From sequence record NC_052663.1: a DNA stretch of 64,000 nucleotides. One strand, given 5' to 3'. The stretch's first letter is position 1. Each line of letters begins with the position of its first letter. The notes beneath the pieces were generated by a model, which saw nothing but the letters and a program-made list of their open reading frames with translations, ran no database searches and was not told the origin of the DNA. The position numbers and the translations under genes were made by a program. The DNA comes from Escherichia phage VEcB. Shown here in pieces: positions 38,759-48,708 of the stretch.

Positions 38759-39006
38759 GAGCGACCTCCATTGCGGAATGCACGTTTAGTAATGTTCGAC
38801 ATAGTGATCAAATCTTGAAGCGTCATATCAGGAAAATGCTGTTCAAGAACACCTTCAACAGCGCCTACAATATCTGATAACTCAATAAGTTGCATCAGCT
38901 TGCAATCTTGATCAATAGCATCCTGAAGTTCATAAAGCTCTTCCTGAATTTTAGCAATAGAACCATATTCCTCTTTGCTAATCTCCTTCAAATGATACCC
39001 TGCCAC
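38755..39006 (-). CDS. Hypothetical small protein
   Basis: ORF track; overlapping stop/start with neighbour. Confidence 0.3.
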   Translation of the reverse strand: MAGYHLKEISKEEYGSIAKIQEELYELQDAIDQDCKLMQLIELSDIVGAVEGVLEQHFPDMTLQDLITMSNITKRAFRNGGRS

Positions 39007-39016
39007 TTTAACCCCC

Positions 39017-41791
39017 TTAGTTTACCAGTTTATTTATATCTGGTAAAAGATTTATTTCACCTAAAAAATCACCTTCACCTTCCTCTAACCAACTCTCATA
39101 TGCTTGTGCATGATTATAGTTACCATCAAAAGAATCTGCAACAAATTTTTCTACAGCTTTTCGAGATGTGCCAGCGCCAAATACACCAAGTTTAATACCA
39201 TTGATCGGTAAAGTGGTGCTTGTTGGTACTTTCTCTGTTGCAACACGGTTGATATCTATAATCTCCTGTACGGTTGTGTTCCATTGTAAGCATTTAACAC
39301 AACGGGTATGCGCTACATACAGTAGGTTTCGCTCTGCCTCTTCCAGTCCTACCCATTCACCAGTCTTTTTATCATAGTTGGAAGGAAAATCATTAGCAAC
39401 AATAACCTGATCCCACTCCAAACCTTTAGACTTGTGTGCTGTAGTAAGTGTGACTTTTGCTGTAGGAGAATTTCTGTGCGTTCTAAGTGTATGTGCTATG
39501 GTGTTCGCCTTACCAGAAACTACGATGTTTAACAAGCGTTTAGCATCTGGATCAGCCTCTGCACACTCAACAAATTCATCCCAGTCTGCGTAAGGTAATA
39601 CAGTTTCATGTTTTACTTTCTCAATATCTCCTCTCCGAAGAGCATTAACACTATCTACCATAGAGATAAAATCCCTGGTATCTACGTTAATAATAATTTC
39701 TTCCCCATCTGCAATACGATCCATTGCCTCCATAAGCAAGGTTAAATTCTTGCGAAAGATGATAGTGTAAGGTTTTGTATAGTCTACAACATCTGATTTG
39801 TAGCTACCTACTACAGTATCAAAGCCTTTACCAACCAAAGGATGACGCAAAGGTTCTTTATCGCTTAAAATCATATTGGCAATGTTTGCCACTTTGGGGC
39901 CAAAACGGAAGCAAGCAGTTAATGGAAGCTCTGCCCCATACTTAGCTGTTTCAATCATCATATTAGAGCTACCTCTAAATTGATAAATGCAGTTGTGGCT
40001 AAGAATTTCATTGCCAAAGAAGTTAGCAGTATCCTCTACTTCAATATCATAATAGATACCCTCACTATCTACAATGTCCACAATCTCTTCTGCCGTTACA
40101 GTATCACCATCTTTTACCAACACAGACATGCCTTTAAACAAACCCGCTGCCGGAATTAAGTTATATTTGGCACTGTTCACAGAGGACATGCATTCTTTTA
40201 AAGATGCAAACGGAACTATTTCAAGGATCTTTTGTGCAAAACTCAATGCTTCACGATAAGAATTGAAATATTTACGTACACGGTAACGACCTTCCAATTT
40301 AGCAGCACTTACGCTTACACCTGCTTTAATCAGTGAAGAATAGATCGGCATTTCACTTTCTGTCCACTCAAAACTAACTTGTGTTCCTTTACAACCTTGT
40401 GCTCGCAAAGTCACTGTTAGCATTTTTCTTTCATCTACTGCACAATTGATGCTGTGCCAGTGTGGATAAGCAAAATGATAATCTTTATCCTCTAAAAGTT
40501 TAAAACCATTTTGTCCGAATTGTTCAAAGATGTTATTGATCCTTTCTTGATTAATGCCGCGTGAACTTGCTTCAAATACACAAGTAGGAATGCCATATTG
40601 TAAACTGTATGCCATTTCTTTTTCCATAGCAGCTTCACGGTTTTCAACAATATCCAACACCCATAATTTCTGTGCTTTTTCAGAACGTGTACGTTGCCCC
40701 AGTTTAGAAAAACCTTCTTTATCATCGAATTTGTTAGTGATCCCTACTCGGAAACCTAAATCTTTCCTCCACATTAGGTATACCACCATCTGATCATCTT
40801 TCAGAACATAGGATGAAGCCCAAATACGATGGTTATGTGTCATATCTAAAGTTTTACCTGTGGCAGTAATAATATTCCTACCTTTTGTACGTGTAGATAA
40901 AGTCTTATTTGTTACTTTTCTAAATGTAATTTTACCATTAGAATAAGACTCTACCTTATCACCGATTTGTAGGTCTTTCATTGTAACCTGACCATTCTCG
41001 GTATTAAGTACCGTGTTTTCCGACACACATTGGAATTCATCGCCCACTACCACAATTTGTTTTGCAGATTTAGCATTTCGCAGAATAGACAAGAATGCAG
41101 GGTTAACATCCTGGAATTCATCACCAAAAATAATGTCATAACCAAGGTCAGCACCTGATAATTCAAACAATTTTACATAGGTGTCATGCGTCATCAAAGT
41201 ATCTGTGTTAGGATCGATGCGCTCTCGCCACAATTGTTTTGCATACTTAACCACTTCTGTAATTAGTTTGTGTTCGTTAATACCTTTTCTTTTAATATCT
41301 GCAAGATGTACACTAGGAAAATGTTTACGGCTGATAAAAGGATCATCCGAAAATTCAAACTTACCTACGGTTTGCTTGATCATTAAACCGATCATAGCAC
41401 GAGTTAAAAGTGTTTTACCTCGTTTATCAATAAGATTATTAATCTTAAATTTCTTTGCTATCTCGCTACCTGTACCTGCAACGTTAACATACTGTCCTTC
41501 TGGTCGTGACAGTTTTGCGCGTAAACGATGATCCAGGAATTGATAGCAAATAGAATGCAATGTACGGCATTCTACATTTAGTGGCATCTTACGTCGTGCT
41601 TCTTCTGCCATGCTTTTATTGAAAGCTAAGTAAAGAATGCGATCTTCTGTACTGTTAGCCAGCAAATAAAGTGTTGACGTTTTGCCTGATCCAGATTTAG
41701 CTTGGATAGTTAAAAAGCGATGGTCTGGAAAAGCCTCCTTAATAGCTGTTTGCTCTTCTGTTGGAGTGAAGCTCAACTCTTTCTTAGCCAT
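39017..41791 (-). CDS. SF1 (UvrD/PcrA-like) DNA helicase interrupted by an intein
   Basis: Motif I AKSGSGKT, motif II GDEFQD, motif III split as VVVGDEFQ / [intein] / CIYQFRGSS; start at MAKKELS with AGAGG RBS. Confidence 0.7.
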   Translation of the reverse strand: MAKKELSFTPTEEQTAIKEAFPDHRFLTIQAKSGSGKTSTLYLLANSTEDRILYLAFNKSMAEEARRKMPLNVECRTLHSICYQFLDHRLRAKLSRPEGQYVNVAGTGSEIAKKFKINNLIDKRGKTLLTRAMIGLMIKQTVGKFEFSDDPFISRKHFPSVHLADIKRKGINEHKLITEVVKYAKQLWRERIDPNTDTLMTHDTYVKLFELSGADLGYDIIFGDEFQDVNPAFLSILRNAKSAKQIVVVGDEFQCVSENTVLNTENGQVTMKDLQIGDKVESYSNGKITFRKVTNKTLSTRTKGRNIITATGKTLDMTHNHRIWASSYVLKDDQMVVYLMWRKDLGFRVGITNKFDDKEGFSKLGQRTRSEKAQKLWVLDIVENREAAMEKEMAYSLQYGIPTCVFEASSRGINQERINNIFEQFGQNGFKLLEDKDYHFAYPHWHSINCAVDERKMLTVTLRAQGCKGTQVSFEWTESEMPIYSSLIKAGVSVSAAKLEGRYRVRKYFNSYREALSFAQKILEIVPFASLKECMSSVNSAKYNLIPAAGLFKGMSVLVKDGDTVTAEEIVDIVDSEGIYYDIEVEDTANFFGNEILSHNCIYQFRGSSNMMIETAKYGAELPLTACFRFGPKVANIANMILSDKEPLRHPLVGKGFDTVVGSYKSDVVDYTKPYTIIFRKNLTLLMEAMDRIADGEEIIINVDTRDFISMVDSVNALRRGDIEKVKHETVLPYADWDEFVECAEADPDAKRLLNIVVSGKANTIAHTLRTHRNSPTAKVTLTTAHKSKGLEWDQVIVANDFPSNYDKKTGEWVGLEEAERNLLYVAHTRCVKCLQWNTTVQEIIDINRVATEKVPTSTTLPINGIKLGVFGAGTSRKAVEKFVADSFDGNYNHAQAYESWLEEGEGDFLGEINLLPDINKLVN
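39992..41029 (-). mobile_element. Intein (about 346 aa) in helicase motif III
   Basis: Begins with Cys (CVSENTVLNTENGQ), block B TLDMTHNHRIW, block F/G DIEVEDTANFFGNEILSHN followed by extein Cys; extein junction reconstitutes GDEFQ-CIYQFRG. Confidence 0.6.
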
Positions 41792-41792
41792 T

Positions 41793-42269
41793 TCAACCTC
41801 TCTTAATTTGTTTAACAAGCATAGGAACAAAATCTCGTTTTAAAATTTGTTCAATAATATGATCAGGTAGCTGTTGGAAATTATAATTAAAAGCTACTGT
41901 CTCACCTTTAGGTGTTTCTACCCGCACATATAACATGTTACGAAGTTTATCCACTTGTGCTGTATATTCTAAACCATGTAATTGATGCATTGCAAACATC
42001 AAATCATCAGTTTCAGTTTGGAATCTATCATTTGCTTGCATTAAGGATAAGGTAAAAGGTAGATTTTCCCTAAGAGCCACCTTCTTAGGAACTAGTGAAG
42101 GAAAATACTCACCAATAACTTCCTGTGTAAGCTGGATACACTCTTTTTCAAGTTGGTTTTGTTCCTTAAGTTCACAAACACTTTTTTGTAAAGTGTTAAC
42201 CTCTTTTTGCAAAGCTGCTAGTTGAGCACTTAACTTTCTTTTTTGATTACGACCAAAACGTTTAGACAT
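41793..42269 (-). CDS. Hypothetical coiled-coil protein
   Basis: ORF track. Confidence 0.35.
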   Translation of the reverse strand: MSKRFGRNQKRKLSAQLAALQKEVNTLQKSVCELKEQNQLEKECIQLTQEVIGEYFPSLVPKKVALRENLPFTLSLMQANDRFQTETDDLMFAMHQLHGLEYTAQVDKLRNMLYVRVETPKGETVAFNYNFQQLPDHIIEQILKRDFVPMLVKQIKRG

Positions 42270-42277
42270 ATTTCCCC

Positions 42278-42793
42278 CTAGTAAAACCCTTTAACAATCT
42301 GTATTAACTCGGCACAACGGTTGACCAACTTTTCCTCATACAATACACGTTGTGGCATATGTTGTATAATATACTCCATTTGCTCATGCCATGTCCACTT
42401 TTCTTTTTTGTCTGGGATAACATCACTAGCACGAGAATTATCTTTTAATGTTTGTATAATCCAATTGCTTGGAAAGTGCTCTCCACCTTTCTTAAATGGT
42501 TTATAGTGGCCTAGAGTAAATTGAGAATCTCCTGTTAGAGCACCCAATTTATTTAGATGAATAATCAAACTACGAAACACGTAGTATTCATAGATGTTAT
42601 CCACCGTATAGCAAGCATAATATTTCAAGATGCCCTTATCTCGCGGATACTTACCAACATCCAGATTGCACCAGTTGACATTTTCTGGATCATAGTGGTG
42701 TTCCTTAAGCCATATTTCTCTTTCATCAAAGTCTGGATATATTACCGCCCTGCTTACAGAGTCAACAAGTGGAGATTGAGCATCAAAAAACAT
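42278..42793 (-). CDS. Hypothetical protein
   Basis: ORF track. Confidence 0.35.
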   Translation of the reverse strand: MFFDAQSPLVDSVSRAVIYPDFDEREIWLKEHHYDPENVNWCNLDVGKYPRDKGILKYYACYTVDNIYEYYVFRSLIIHLNKLGALTGDSQFTLGHYKPFKKGGEHFPSNWIIQTLKDNSRASDVIPDKKEKWTWHEQMEYIIQHMPQRVLYEEKLVNRCAELIQIVKGFY

Positions 42794-42814
42794 TATATTT
42801 TCCTTATTGGTTTG

Positions 42815-43180
42815 TTAAACGTTTTCTAAATCTTTTAAGGCATTACCCAACGTTAGAACAATAACATCGTTTGCTGCCTCTTCCCCATTGATATTGGTGA
42901 AATTTGGTGTGACAAAAGTAACCATATAAAACTCGTCTACCTGGAAGACAGCAATAACACCATCCATCTTAACATCTTGACGAAAGGAAAAACCAATCAT
43001 CTTCTCTTGCAAAGGCATATCCCCTTCCTTCATTACCGCTAGGGAGTTTTCAGGAATGTTATATTTATCTGCTCCGATGTAGATGTACGTAATGTTATCT
43101 TTATCGTGATGATACAGGGTTGCTTTTTCCATATCTAAACCTGACAGATCAAATACGTTAATTTCTTGTGTAGTCTTCAT
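42815..43180 (-). CDS. Hypothetical protein (start at internal Met with GGAGG RBS)
   Basis: ORF track; the longer form would overlap the upstream gene by ~100 nt. Confidence 0.35.
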   Translation of the reverse strand: MKTTQEINVFDLSGLDMEKATLYHHDKDNITYIYIGADKYNIPENSLAVMKEGDMPLQEKMIGFSFRQDVKMDGVIAVFQVDEFYMVTFVTPNFTNINGEEAANDVIVLTLGNALKDLENV

Positions 43181-43544
43181 AAATATCCTCCCAAATCCAA
43201 TAATCATCTGTGTAAGTAGGATGCCTTTTATCCCACTCTGTTCTAGCCCAAGCAACCGCTGCTACCAACACATCACCATGACAAGGTTGAGGTGCGCAGA
43301 AGCAAACTAAGTCTTTCCCTTCTAATTCTAACAAATCCTCAAGAGTGATTTTACCACAACGAATTTGTTCCCACAACCACTCTTTATATCTTTGTATAGT
43401 TGATCCTCGTGGTTCATCATCCTTTAACTTAAAAGGATTTGCAAACTTTGAGGCTTTTAACCCCATATGAGGCATAGCTCTGCCAATGTACACTGCACCT
43501 TCAGGTATTACTTTACCTAAGTGGTAAAAATTTAATACTTTCAT
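43158..43544 (-). CDS. Hypothetical protein with Cys/His motif (VCFCAPQPCHGDVL)
   Basis: ORF track; start at internal Met MKVLNF. Confidence 0.35.
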   Translation of the reverse strand: MKVLNFYHLGKVIPEGAVYIGRAMPHMGLKASKFANPFKLKDDEPRGSTIQRYKEWLWEQIRCGKITLEDLLELEGKDLVCFCAPQPCHGDVLVAAVAWARTEWDKRHPTYTDDYWIWEDIYEDYTRN

Positions 43545-43545
43545 A

Positions 43546-43896
43546 TTAACCCAAACACATCTGTGCAATCAAGCCCTGTATAAATTTATTAGCTTCTTTA
43601 CTGTCGTAATCAGTCTCTTCTGGATATCCATCTTCATCGTACACAACTGTACCTTCAATATACCCTGCCTCAATTAAGGCGCGGATCATATCAAATTGCC
43701 GGCATGAGTTACCAAATGGACGTTTACCATTAAAACACTCTTCTTCTCTCCATAACGTAGAGAGTAGTTGTCGGAAATATTCCCGTACAGTGACAGTACC
43801 AAGATCTGAATCCTCAAACATAACATCCAAGGCATCAGGATTGCTTTTCTCTACATAAGGAATATATTTAACACCATTAATAGTTACATCAAGCAT
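43546..43896 (-). CDS. Hypothetical protein
   Basis: ORF track. Confidence 0.35.
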   Translation of the reverse strand: MLDVTINGVKYIPYVEKSNPDALDVMFEDSDLGTVTVREYFRQLLSTLWREEECFNGKRPFGNSCRQFDMIRALIEAGYIEGTVVYDEDGYPEETDYDSKEANKFIQGLIAQMCLG

Positions 43897-44259
43897 TTAT
43901 TTCTCCTTATCATCATATTCTAGGAACATATCTGCACGATATGCTTTACGCTCTTCAAACTTAGCAGGATCTACAACAATAAGCAATACAAGGTTAACAT
44001 CTAAATACTTTTTAACAAATAGAAATAAATCTTTTCCACAGTTAAAACCTACACCAGTATAGGCATCCCCATATTGATCTACTGATTTAATCTTCTTACT
44101 AACCGTACATTCTATGCTATTCTTTTCTTCTTGGTATAAGGCTTTTCCACCCCAATATGTAAAGAATTTAGTACCGTCAGCACCAAGTTTAAAACCTTCT
44201 GTTGCATGTCCAGCAAATGAAAGTAAACATAACCAAGTAATCATCAGGTACTTTAGCAT
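43897..44259 (-). CDS. Predicted secreted protein
   Basis: Signal peptide MLKYLMITWLCLLSFAGHA at the internal Met. Confidence 0.35.
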   Translation of the reverse strand: MLKYLMITWLCLLSFAGHATEGFKLGADGTKFFTYWGGKALYQEEKNSIECTVSKKIKSVDQYGDAYTGVGFNCGKDLFLFVKKYLDVNLVLLIVVDPAKFEERKAYRADMFLEYDDKEK

Positions 44260-44260
44260 T

Positions 44261-44743
44261 TTAACCACCCAATTGCAAATGTTTAGAAAGAACAATATCC
44301 CATTGATCACCACAACCGTTATCTATGCGGAACATAATGTACGTATCATCTTCTTCTACAACATACCGTACCTCATAGGAGTTACAACAGCCTTCCCAAT
44401 TTTTAACAGCTTCTGGTGTATCATGTGTAAAAATTTCATTACCATCATATGACCAAAACAAAGGGGTAAGGTTTTCGAAGGTCAGTGAAGTAGGGTTTAC
44501 TTCATCTTTAACTGCTTCCTCATATTCTTTATGCGTTTGTACTGCTTTAGTTAGTGTACTCATGTCTATCTCCTTTTCTCCTTCTTGACTATGGAGGATA
44601 GCAAACTCTCTAAACTCCACTTCACGCCATGTTTTCAGGTAGTGCTTTATAATTTTATCAACATCTGCCTGTTCAACATTACTTTTCAAGCAATAGTAAT
44701 CATGGTCTTCGCCCATTCTACCCCATATGCTATACATTGTCAT
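44261..44743 (-). CDS. Hypothetical protein
   Basis: ORF track. Confidence 0.35.
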   Translation of the reverse strand: MTMYSIWGRMGEDHDYYCLKSNVEQADVDKIIKHYLKTWREVEFREFAILHSQEGEKEIDMSTLTKAVQTHKEYEEAVKDEVNPTSLTFENLTPLFWSYDGNEIFTHDTPEAVKNWEGCCNSYEVRYVVEEDDTYIMFRIDNGCGDQWDIVLSKHLQLGG

Positions 44744-45011
44744 CTGATTGATCCTTTACATTGTTCTTGGCATACACAGGAATAACATCGTCGTGATCTT
44801 TATTACTTTCATCTGTTAAAGCCCAAAACAATTTACCTGCTGGATGTTTAAAGATGTAAGCAATAGGTTCCTCTTCCTGGGCTTCTTTGCTACGGATACC
44901 ATCCCGCCAGGCAAGCCAAGTGTAGATCATCACTTCTTGACGTTCTTCTTCGTTAGGCCACATATGTGGTGGAAAGTTTTTATCAAACCATTGCTTAAAT
45001 TCTTCAGTCAT
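44730..45011 (-). CDS. Hypothetical small protein
   Basis: ORF track. Confidence 0.3.
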   Translation of the reverse strand: MTEEFKQWFDKNFPPHMWPNEEERQEVMIYTWLAWRDGIRSKEAQEEEPIAYIFKHPAGKLFWALTDESNKDHDDVIPVYAKNNVKDQSDDNV

Positions 45012-45021
45012 AGTCTACTCC

Positions 45022-45186
45022 TTAACGTACAAAGTTAATCTCTGCTTCTTTCAGCTTTGACACTTCTACATAACCACCATGATCATCTTTAATCCATTCT
45101 TTTCCTTTACGGATGATAACAGGATATGTAGAGTGAGTAAGTTTAGGTACAGATCTTTTTGTTTTAGTGATAGAAATGTTTTGCAT
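45022..45186 (-). CDS. Small ORF (54 aa), not in the ORF track
   Basis: ATG preceded by AAGGAG at ideal spacing; fills an otherwise empty gap. Confidence 0.3.
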   Translation of the reverse strand: MQNISITKTKRSVPKLTHSTYPVIIRKGKEWIKDDHGGYVEVSKLKEAEINFVR

Positions 45187-45246
45187 AGTAGTCTCCTTAG
45201 TAAATTTTACATAGAGTCTAGATTATTTAGTAGATAGAGTCAATAA

Positions 45247-45513
45247 CTAATTACTGTTAGATCTGTATTCTGTCTTCCATTCACAATGGTAAACTTCAAC
45301 AGGTTCTAACTTCCAATGTTCAGGAACTAATTCAGGACAATATCTACAAAAGAGAAATAGATAGATAACTAAGACAGGTATTAAATAGTAAAATGGTATA
45401 CGATCATAACCATACTTACGAGATAACATGTAGACATATAGATAGGGTATAACAATTAATCCTATAACTATAAGTAAGAAGAGAAGTATAAACCTTAGTG
45501 TAGTAACATCCAT
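45247..45513 (-). CDS. Small membrane protein
   Basis: Two hydrophobic helices; nested inverted repeat directly upstream. Confidence 0.35.
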   Translation of the reverse strand: MDVTTLRFILLFLLIVIGLIVIPYLYVYMLSRKYGYDRIPFYYLIPVLVIYLFLFCRYCPELVPEHWKLEPVEVYHCEWKTEYRSNSN

Positions 45514-45600
45514 AGTATTCTCTTATACAGTAATATACTCTGTTCCTGCCCCTCCATGAGTGACAGGAACAATATCTATAGAGAATACTAACTCGCTTCG
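45513..45600. repeat. Nested inverted repeats upstream of the membrane-protein gene 45247..45513
   Basis: Outer perfect 11-bp arms TAGTATTCTCT / AGAGAATACTA enclosing inner perfect 7-bp arms GTTCCTG / CAGGAAC. Confidence 0.5.
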
Positions 45601-45677
45601 CTCGTCACCTTTCAGGTTTAGGGTAGCATGTTTTTCTGAAAAAGTCAATACTCTCCACAAAACTTTACAAAATACTT

Positions 45678-45950
45678 TTACATAGGTACAACAGAGTCTG
45701 TTTTGAAGTCGTACATATGATTTACACCTGTGATTTTTGACATAGAGATTGCACGTTTAGCACCTGCAATTACCTGGTCTGTCTTCTTAATCTCTTCACG
45801 GAACTTACGTACAGTTAAAGAGAAGAAACGATGATCCATCCATTGACGATTCACACGATCACGCTTGAAGTGACGGAAATCTTCAATCTGTTTATTGCGC
45901 AATCGGCGCAGTACATGTAACAGTTTATAGTAAGGGTGTTTATTTTTCAT
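45678..45950 (-). CDS. Hypothetical small basic protein
   Basis: ORF track. Confidence 0.3.
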   Translation of the reverse strand: MKNKHPYYKLLHVLRRLRNKQIEDFRHFKRDRVNRQWMDHRFFSLTVRKFREEIKKTDQVIAGAKRAISMSKITGVNHMYDFKTDSVVPM

Positions 45951-45953
45951 AAT

Positions 45954-46382
45954 TTATTCTCCAAATCGAAAATCGTCAATATCATCAAACCATACACAAT
46001 GGCGAGTCCTTTCTTTTTCTGTTGCAGACATTGTTTCAACAGCTTTAGGACTAAGCACAACAGGAATGTAACGAACAGGTCGTTCATAATAGTAGCCATA
46101 CTTTTCTGTATTAGCTGCCTCAAAGACTTTACGGCGTTCTTCAAGATCTTCTATGGTGAATCCTACCATATAACCATCATGTTTGCTACCCCATCCTTCC
46201 TCACTTTCAACAATCGGGATATAAAAGCCGTTACGCGTCCCTGACGCTGGTTCTTCTTGAGCCTGACGGCAAGCCTCCCATCCTGCTTTAAAGACGTTAT
46301 AGAGCGATTTACGCACGTTATGAGTGCCGCTTTCGCTTGCTGGATAGAGTTCATTAAATTTATCTTGGATTTGTTGTGTCAT
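45954..46382 (-). CDS. Hypothetical protein
   Basis: ORF track. Confidence 0.35.
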   Translation of the reverse strand: MTQQIQDKFNELYPASESGTHNVRKSLYNVFKAGWEACRQAQEEPASGTRNGFYIPIVESEEGWGSKHDGYMVGFTIEDLEERRKVFEAANTEKYGYYYERPVRYIPVVLSPKAVETMSATEKERTRHCVWFDDIDDFRFGE

Positions 46383-46525
46383 ACTCGCCCCTTAGTGATT
46401 ATTTGACCAGCTAAACAAATAGCTTGTAGTACAATAAAGAAGTAGCCTAATTTTACACTACCCAATACCCAGAATGCAATGTTTGCAAACAAACAAAAAG
46501 CAATATTAAGTTTAAAGAATAACAT

Positions 46526-46726
46526 TTAATCCCCTTCATATTTAGGTAAAGGCATATATGCCACAATAGGAGGGTAATCAAAGTGAAAATGATGGTTCAC
46601 CACAATAATCTTACCAGACATACTTTTATGCACTTCACAATACCCTTTTTCACCATCTTCCATTACCACCACATACTCACCTAGTGGAATATCGTATGGA
46701 TCTTCTACTTTTACCCATTCTGTCAT
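46526..46726 (-). CDS. Hypothetical small protein
   Basis: ORF track. Confidence 0.3.
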   Translation of the reverse strand: MTEWVKVEDPYDIPLGEYVVVMEDGEKGYCEVHKSMSGKIIVVNHHFHFDYPPIVAYMPLPKYEGD

Positions 46727-46858
46727 TTTGTAAACTCCTCATAGTAAGGTAAAGCCTTGATCAGTTGTTCTGAAGTGCCATTTTGCACCCACGTAACACC
46801 ATTGTCAACAGAAACATACCCCTTTTTGTTAATAAATTTACGCAGACAACCAGTGAAC

Positions 46859-47038
46859 TTATTTTTGTAGATCATTTCTTCTTTCCTTTTTGATTACAGC
46901 CCCGTCACTTCCTTGCCAAACTTCCGCTCTGAATTCCATCTCAAACCACTCACCACCGCAAAAACGGCTGTGTTCAACACGTCTATCTTCCTTCATTGCT
47001 TCTTTAGCTTCGATAGAAGTTAGTTCGATGTTTTGCAT
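46859..47038 (-). CDS. Hypothetical small protein, first gene of the minus-strand block (start at internal ATG with AAGGAG RBS)
   Basis: The longer track ORF would run into the divergent promoter region. Confidence 0.3.
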   Translation of the reverse strand: MQNIELTSIEAKEAMKEDRRVEHSRFCGGEWFEMEFRAEVWQGSDGAVIKKERRNDLQK

Positions 47039-47156
47039 TTGCTTTTCTCCTTTCATTTGGTATGCGCTAATCTTAACAAAATAAAAATGTATGTCAATAC
47101 TTGATTTGAAATTAGTTTCTGGTACTCTGTGTGTATCGTAACAAAAGAGGTTAGAT

Positions 47157-47447
47157 ATGAACATCACACTAGCAACTAAGAATATTACAGAAACTTTCGA
47201 TGGTTTTGGCATTATTATTGCTGTTCATGGGCATAACGAAAAATGGTTAGCCTCTTTTGAAGAGGACAAAGAACGCAATGTACGTTTGAATGCACCAATC
47301 AAAGTTTTACACCAGGTAGGTGAGAATAAGAAACAATGGAGATCATACAAAGAGTGGAACATTACAAACGAATTAATACACAAACTTGACAAAGTGATAA
47401 ACATGTTCGACAATGCACCAAGCAGTGCAAAACGTGTTTTACTATAA
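47157..47447 (+). CDS. Hypothetical small protein
   Basis: ORF track; first + strand gene after the strand switch. Confidence 0.35.
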   Translation: MNITLATKNITETFDGFGIIIAVHGHNEKWLASFEEDKERNVRLNAPIKVLHQVGENKKQWRSYKEWNITNELIHKLDKVINMFDNAPSSAKRVLL

Positions 47448-47458
47448 AGGAGAGTGAT

Positions 47459-47812
47459 ATGAAAATTGTACACGATGAAATTCAATTTGAAGAGAGTGAT
47501 CTTCTTGATCTGGATGTGACACTAAGTAAACTGATCTACAACGCACTTTCTGCATATCGTGCAAAAGTGATAGCCACAAACAATGTTAAAATTCCTAGCG
47601 GGTTACTTCGTCGGATGTACCCACACGCTAAAGGTGACTATCTACCTTATATGGAAGAACGAGCAGCAGAACACTGGTTAGAAATTCTTGAAAAAATGGA
47701 GTCCTCTTTTAAGGATTCAACCCCACCTGAAGAAGTTAATGAAAAACAACGGCAAGAGCGTTTAGAAGGTCGTATTTTGTTTGCTAAGTATTTCCATAAT
47801 TTGTGGAGCTAA
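47459..47812 (+). CDS. Hypothetical protein
   Basis: ORF track; RBS AAGGAGAG. Confidence 0.4.
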   Translation: MKIVHDEIQFEESDLLDLDVTLSKLIYNALSAYRAKVIATNNVKIPSGLLRRMYPHAKGDYLPYMEERAAEHWLEILEKMESSFKDSTPPEEVNEKQRQERLEGRILFAKYFHNLWS

Positions 47813-47910
47813 ACATAGCTGGTAAAATCACTTATATGTTCTTAGTATACTTGTGTAAAGAAGTTATCTAACAGGTGTTGAGTGGACTATTAAATTAGGA
47901 GGGCTTTAAT

Positions 47911-48249
47911 ATGTTTAGTAAAGAAATGAGAGAAGTAATTGCCACTTTGGTAGTTGATCATGGTGTTGAAGTTGAGCGTCACGTTTGGAACGATGAACCT
48001 CCTTTCTTCGATTTGGCATCACGAGCTAAAAGTCATATGCACCTGCTGGAAGACGGTAATGAGTTTGTTCTCCGTATGCGTTATGATCGAGAGTTTCGAA
48101 TTCCGCTTGACACTGAACCAGATGGTGTAGTAATGTGGTTGGCAGAACATTTCGCATACGATGCACTACATGGAAGAAGTTTTGGTAATGAGCGTTGGGA
48201 TGCCATTTGTCGTAAGCATAATATTGAACCAGAGTACGGAGTTTTATAA
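47911..48249 (+). CDS. Hypothetical protein
   Basis: ORF track; RBS AGGAGGG. Confidence 0.4.
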   Translation: MFSKEMREVIATLVVDHGVEVERHVWNDEPPFFDLASRAKSHMHLLEDGNEFVLRMRYDREFRIPLDTEPDGVVMWLAEHFAYDALHGRSFGNERWDAICRKHNIEPEYGVL

Positions 48250-48500
48250 TGTTAAGTATCAAACCTAAAATGATAACAGCAGATGAAGCAGACTTTATTT
48301 TCAAATGTGGACGTGTATGGAGAGAGTTCACAAAAGGGAATGAAGTGGTTGTTGTTGTCGAACACAAGATATCTATTCAGGATCTGTTTGGACAATATGT
48401 TGATGTTATTAAATTAGGTATTGACAAGGGTTTAGTTGAGGTGTTAACATTAGATCAAGTTGAAGCAGAGCACCTCGACAAAGTAGTGGTTGAATTTTAA
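48249..48500 (+). CDS. Hypothetical small protein
   Basis: ORF track; overlapping stop/start. Confidence 0.35.
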   Translation: MLSIKPKMITADEADFIFKCGRVWREFTKGNEVVVVVEHKISIQDLFGQYVDVIKLGIDKGLVEVLTLDQVEAEHLDKVVVEF

Positions 48501-48520
48501 AATACAGACGGGAGAAAGGT

Positions 48521-48694
48521 ATGAGTTTCTTTGTTACAGTATTTATGGCTATCTGGATTGTAGTCTCACTCGTTCTTTTCCTGGTGGGTTGTCTGGAAGA
48601 GATTAAGAAAGCGGTTATTTGCGGTTTCTTTGGCTTTATTATCTCTCCTGCCTGGATGTGGTTCTTCATTATGATTGGTTTCCTTAAAAGGTAA
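48521..48694 (+). CDS. Small membrane protein (57 aa, two hydrophobic helices), not in the ORF track
   Basis: ATG with GGGAGAAAGG RBS; strongly hydrophobic. Confidence 0.35.
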   Translation: MSFFVTVFMAIWIVVSLVLFLVGCLEEIKKAVICGFFGFIISPAWMWFFIMIGFLKR

Positions 48695-48708
48695 GTGAGG
48701 AATAAAGA

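Noticed and set aside
46723-46875. 49-aa minus-strand ORF bridging 46526..46726 and 46859..47038
   Set aside because: Overlaps both neighbours and lacks a clear RBS.
47055-47156. Consensus sigma70 promoter in the divergent intergenic region
   Set aside because: TTGATT and several TA-rich hexamers are present but no pair with convincing spacing, so no promoter is called.
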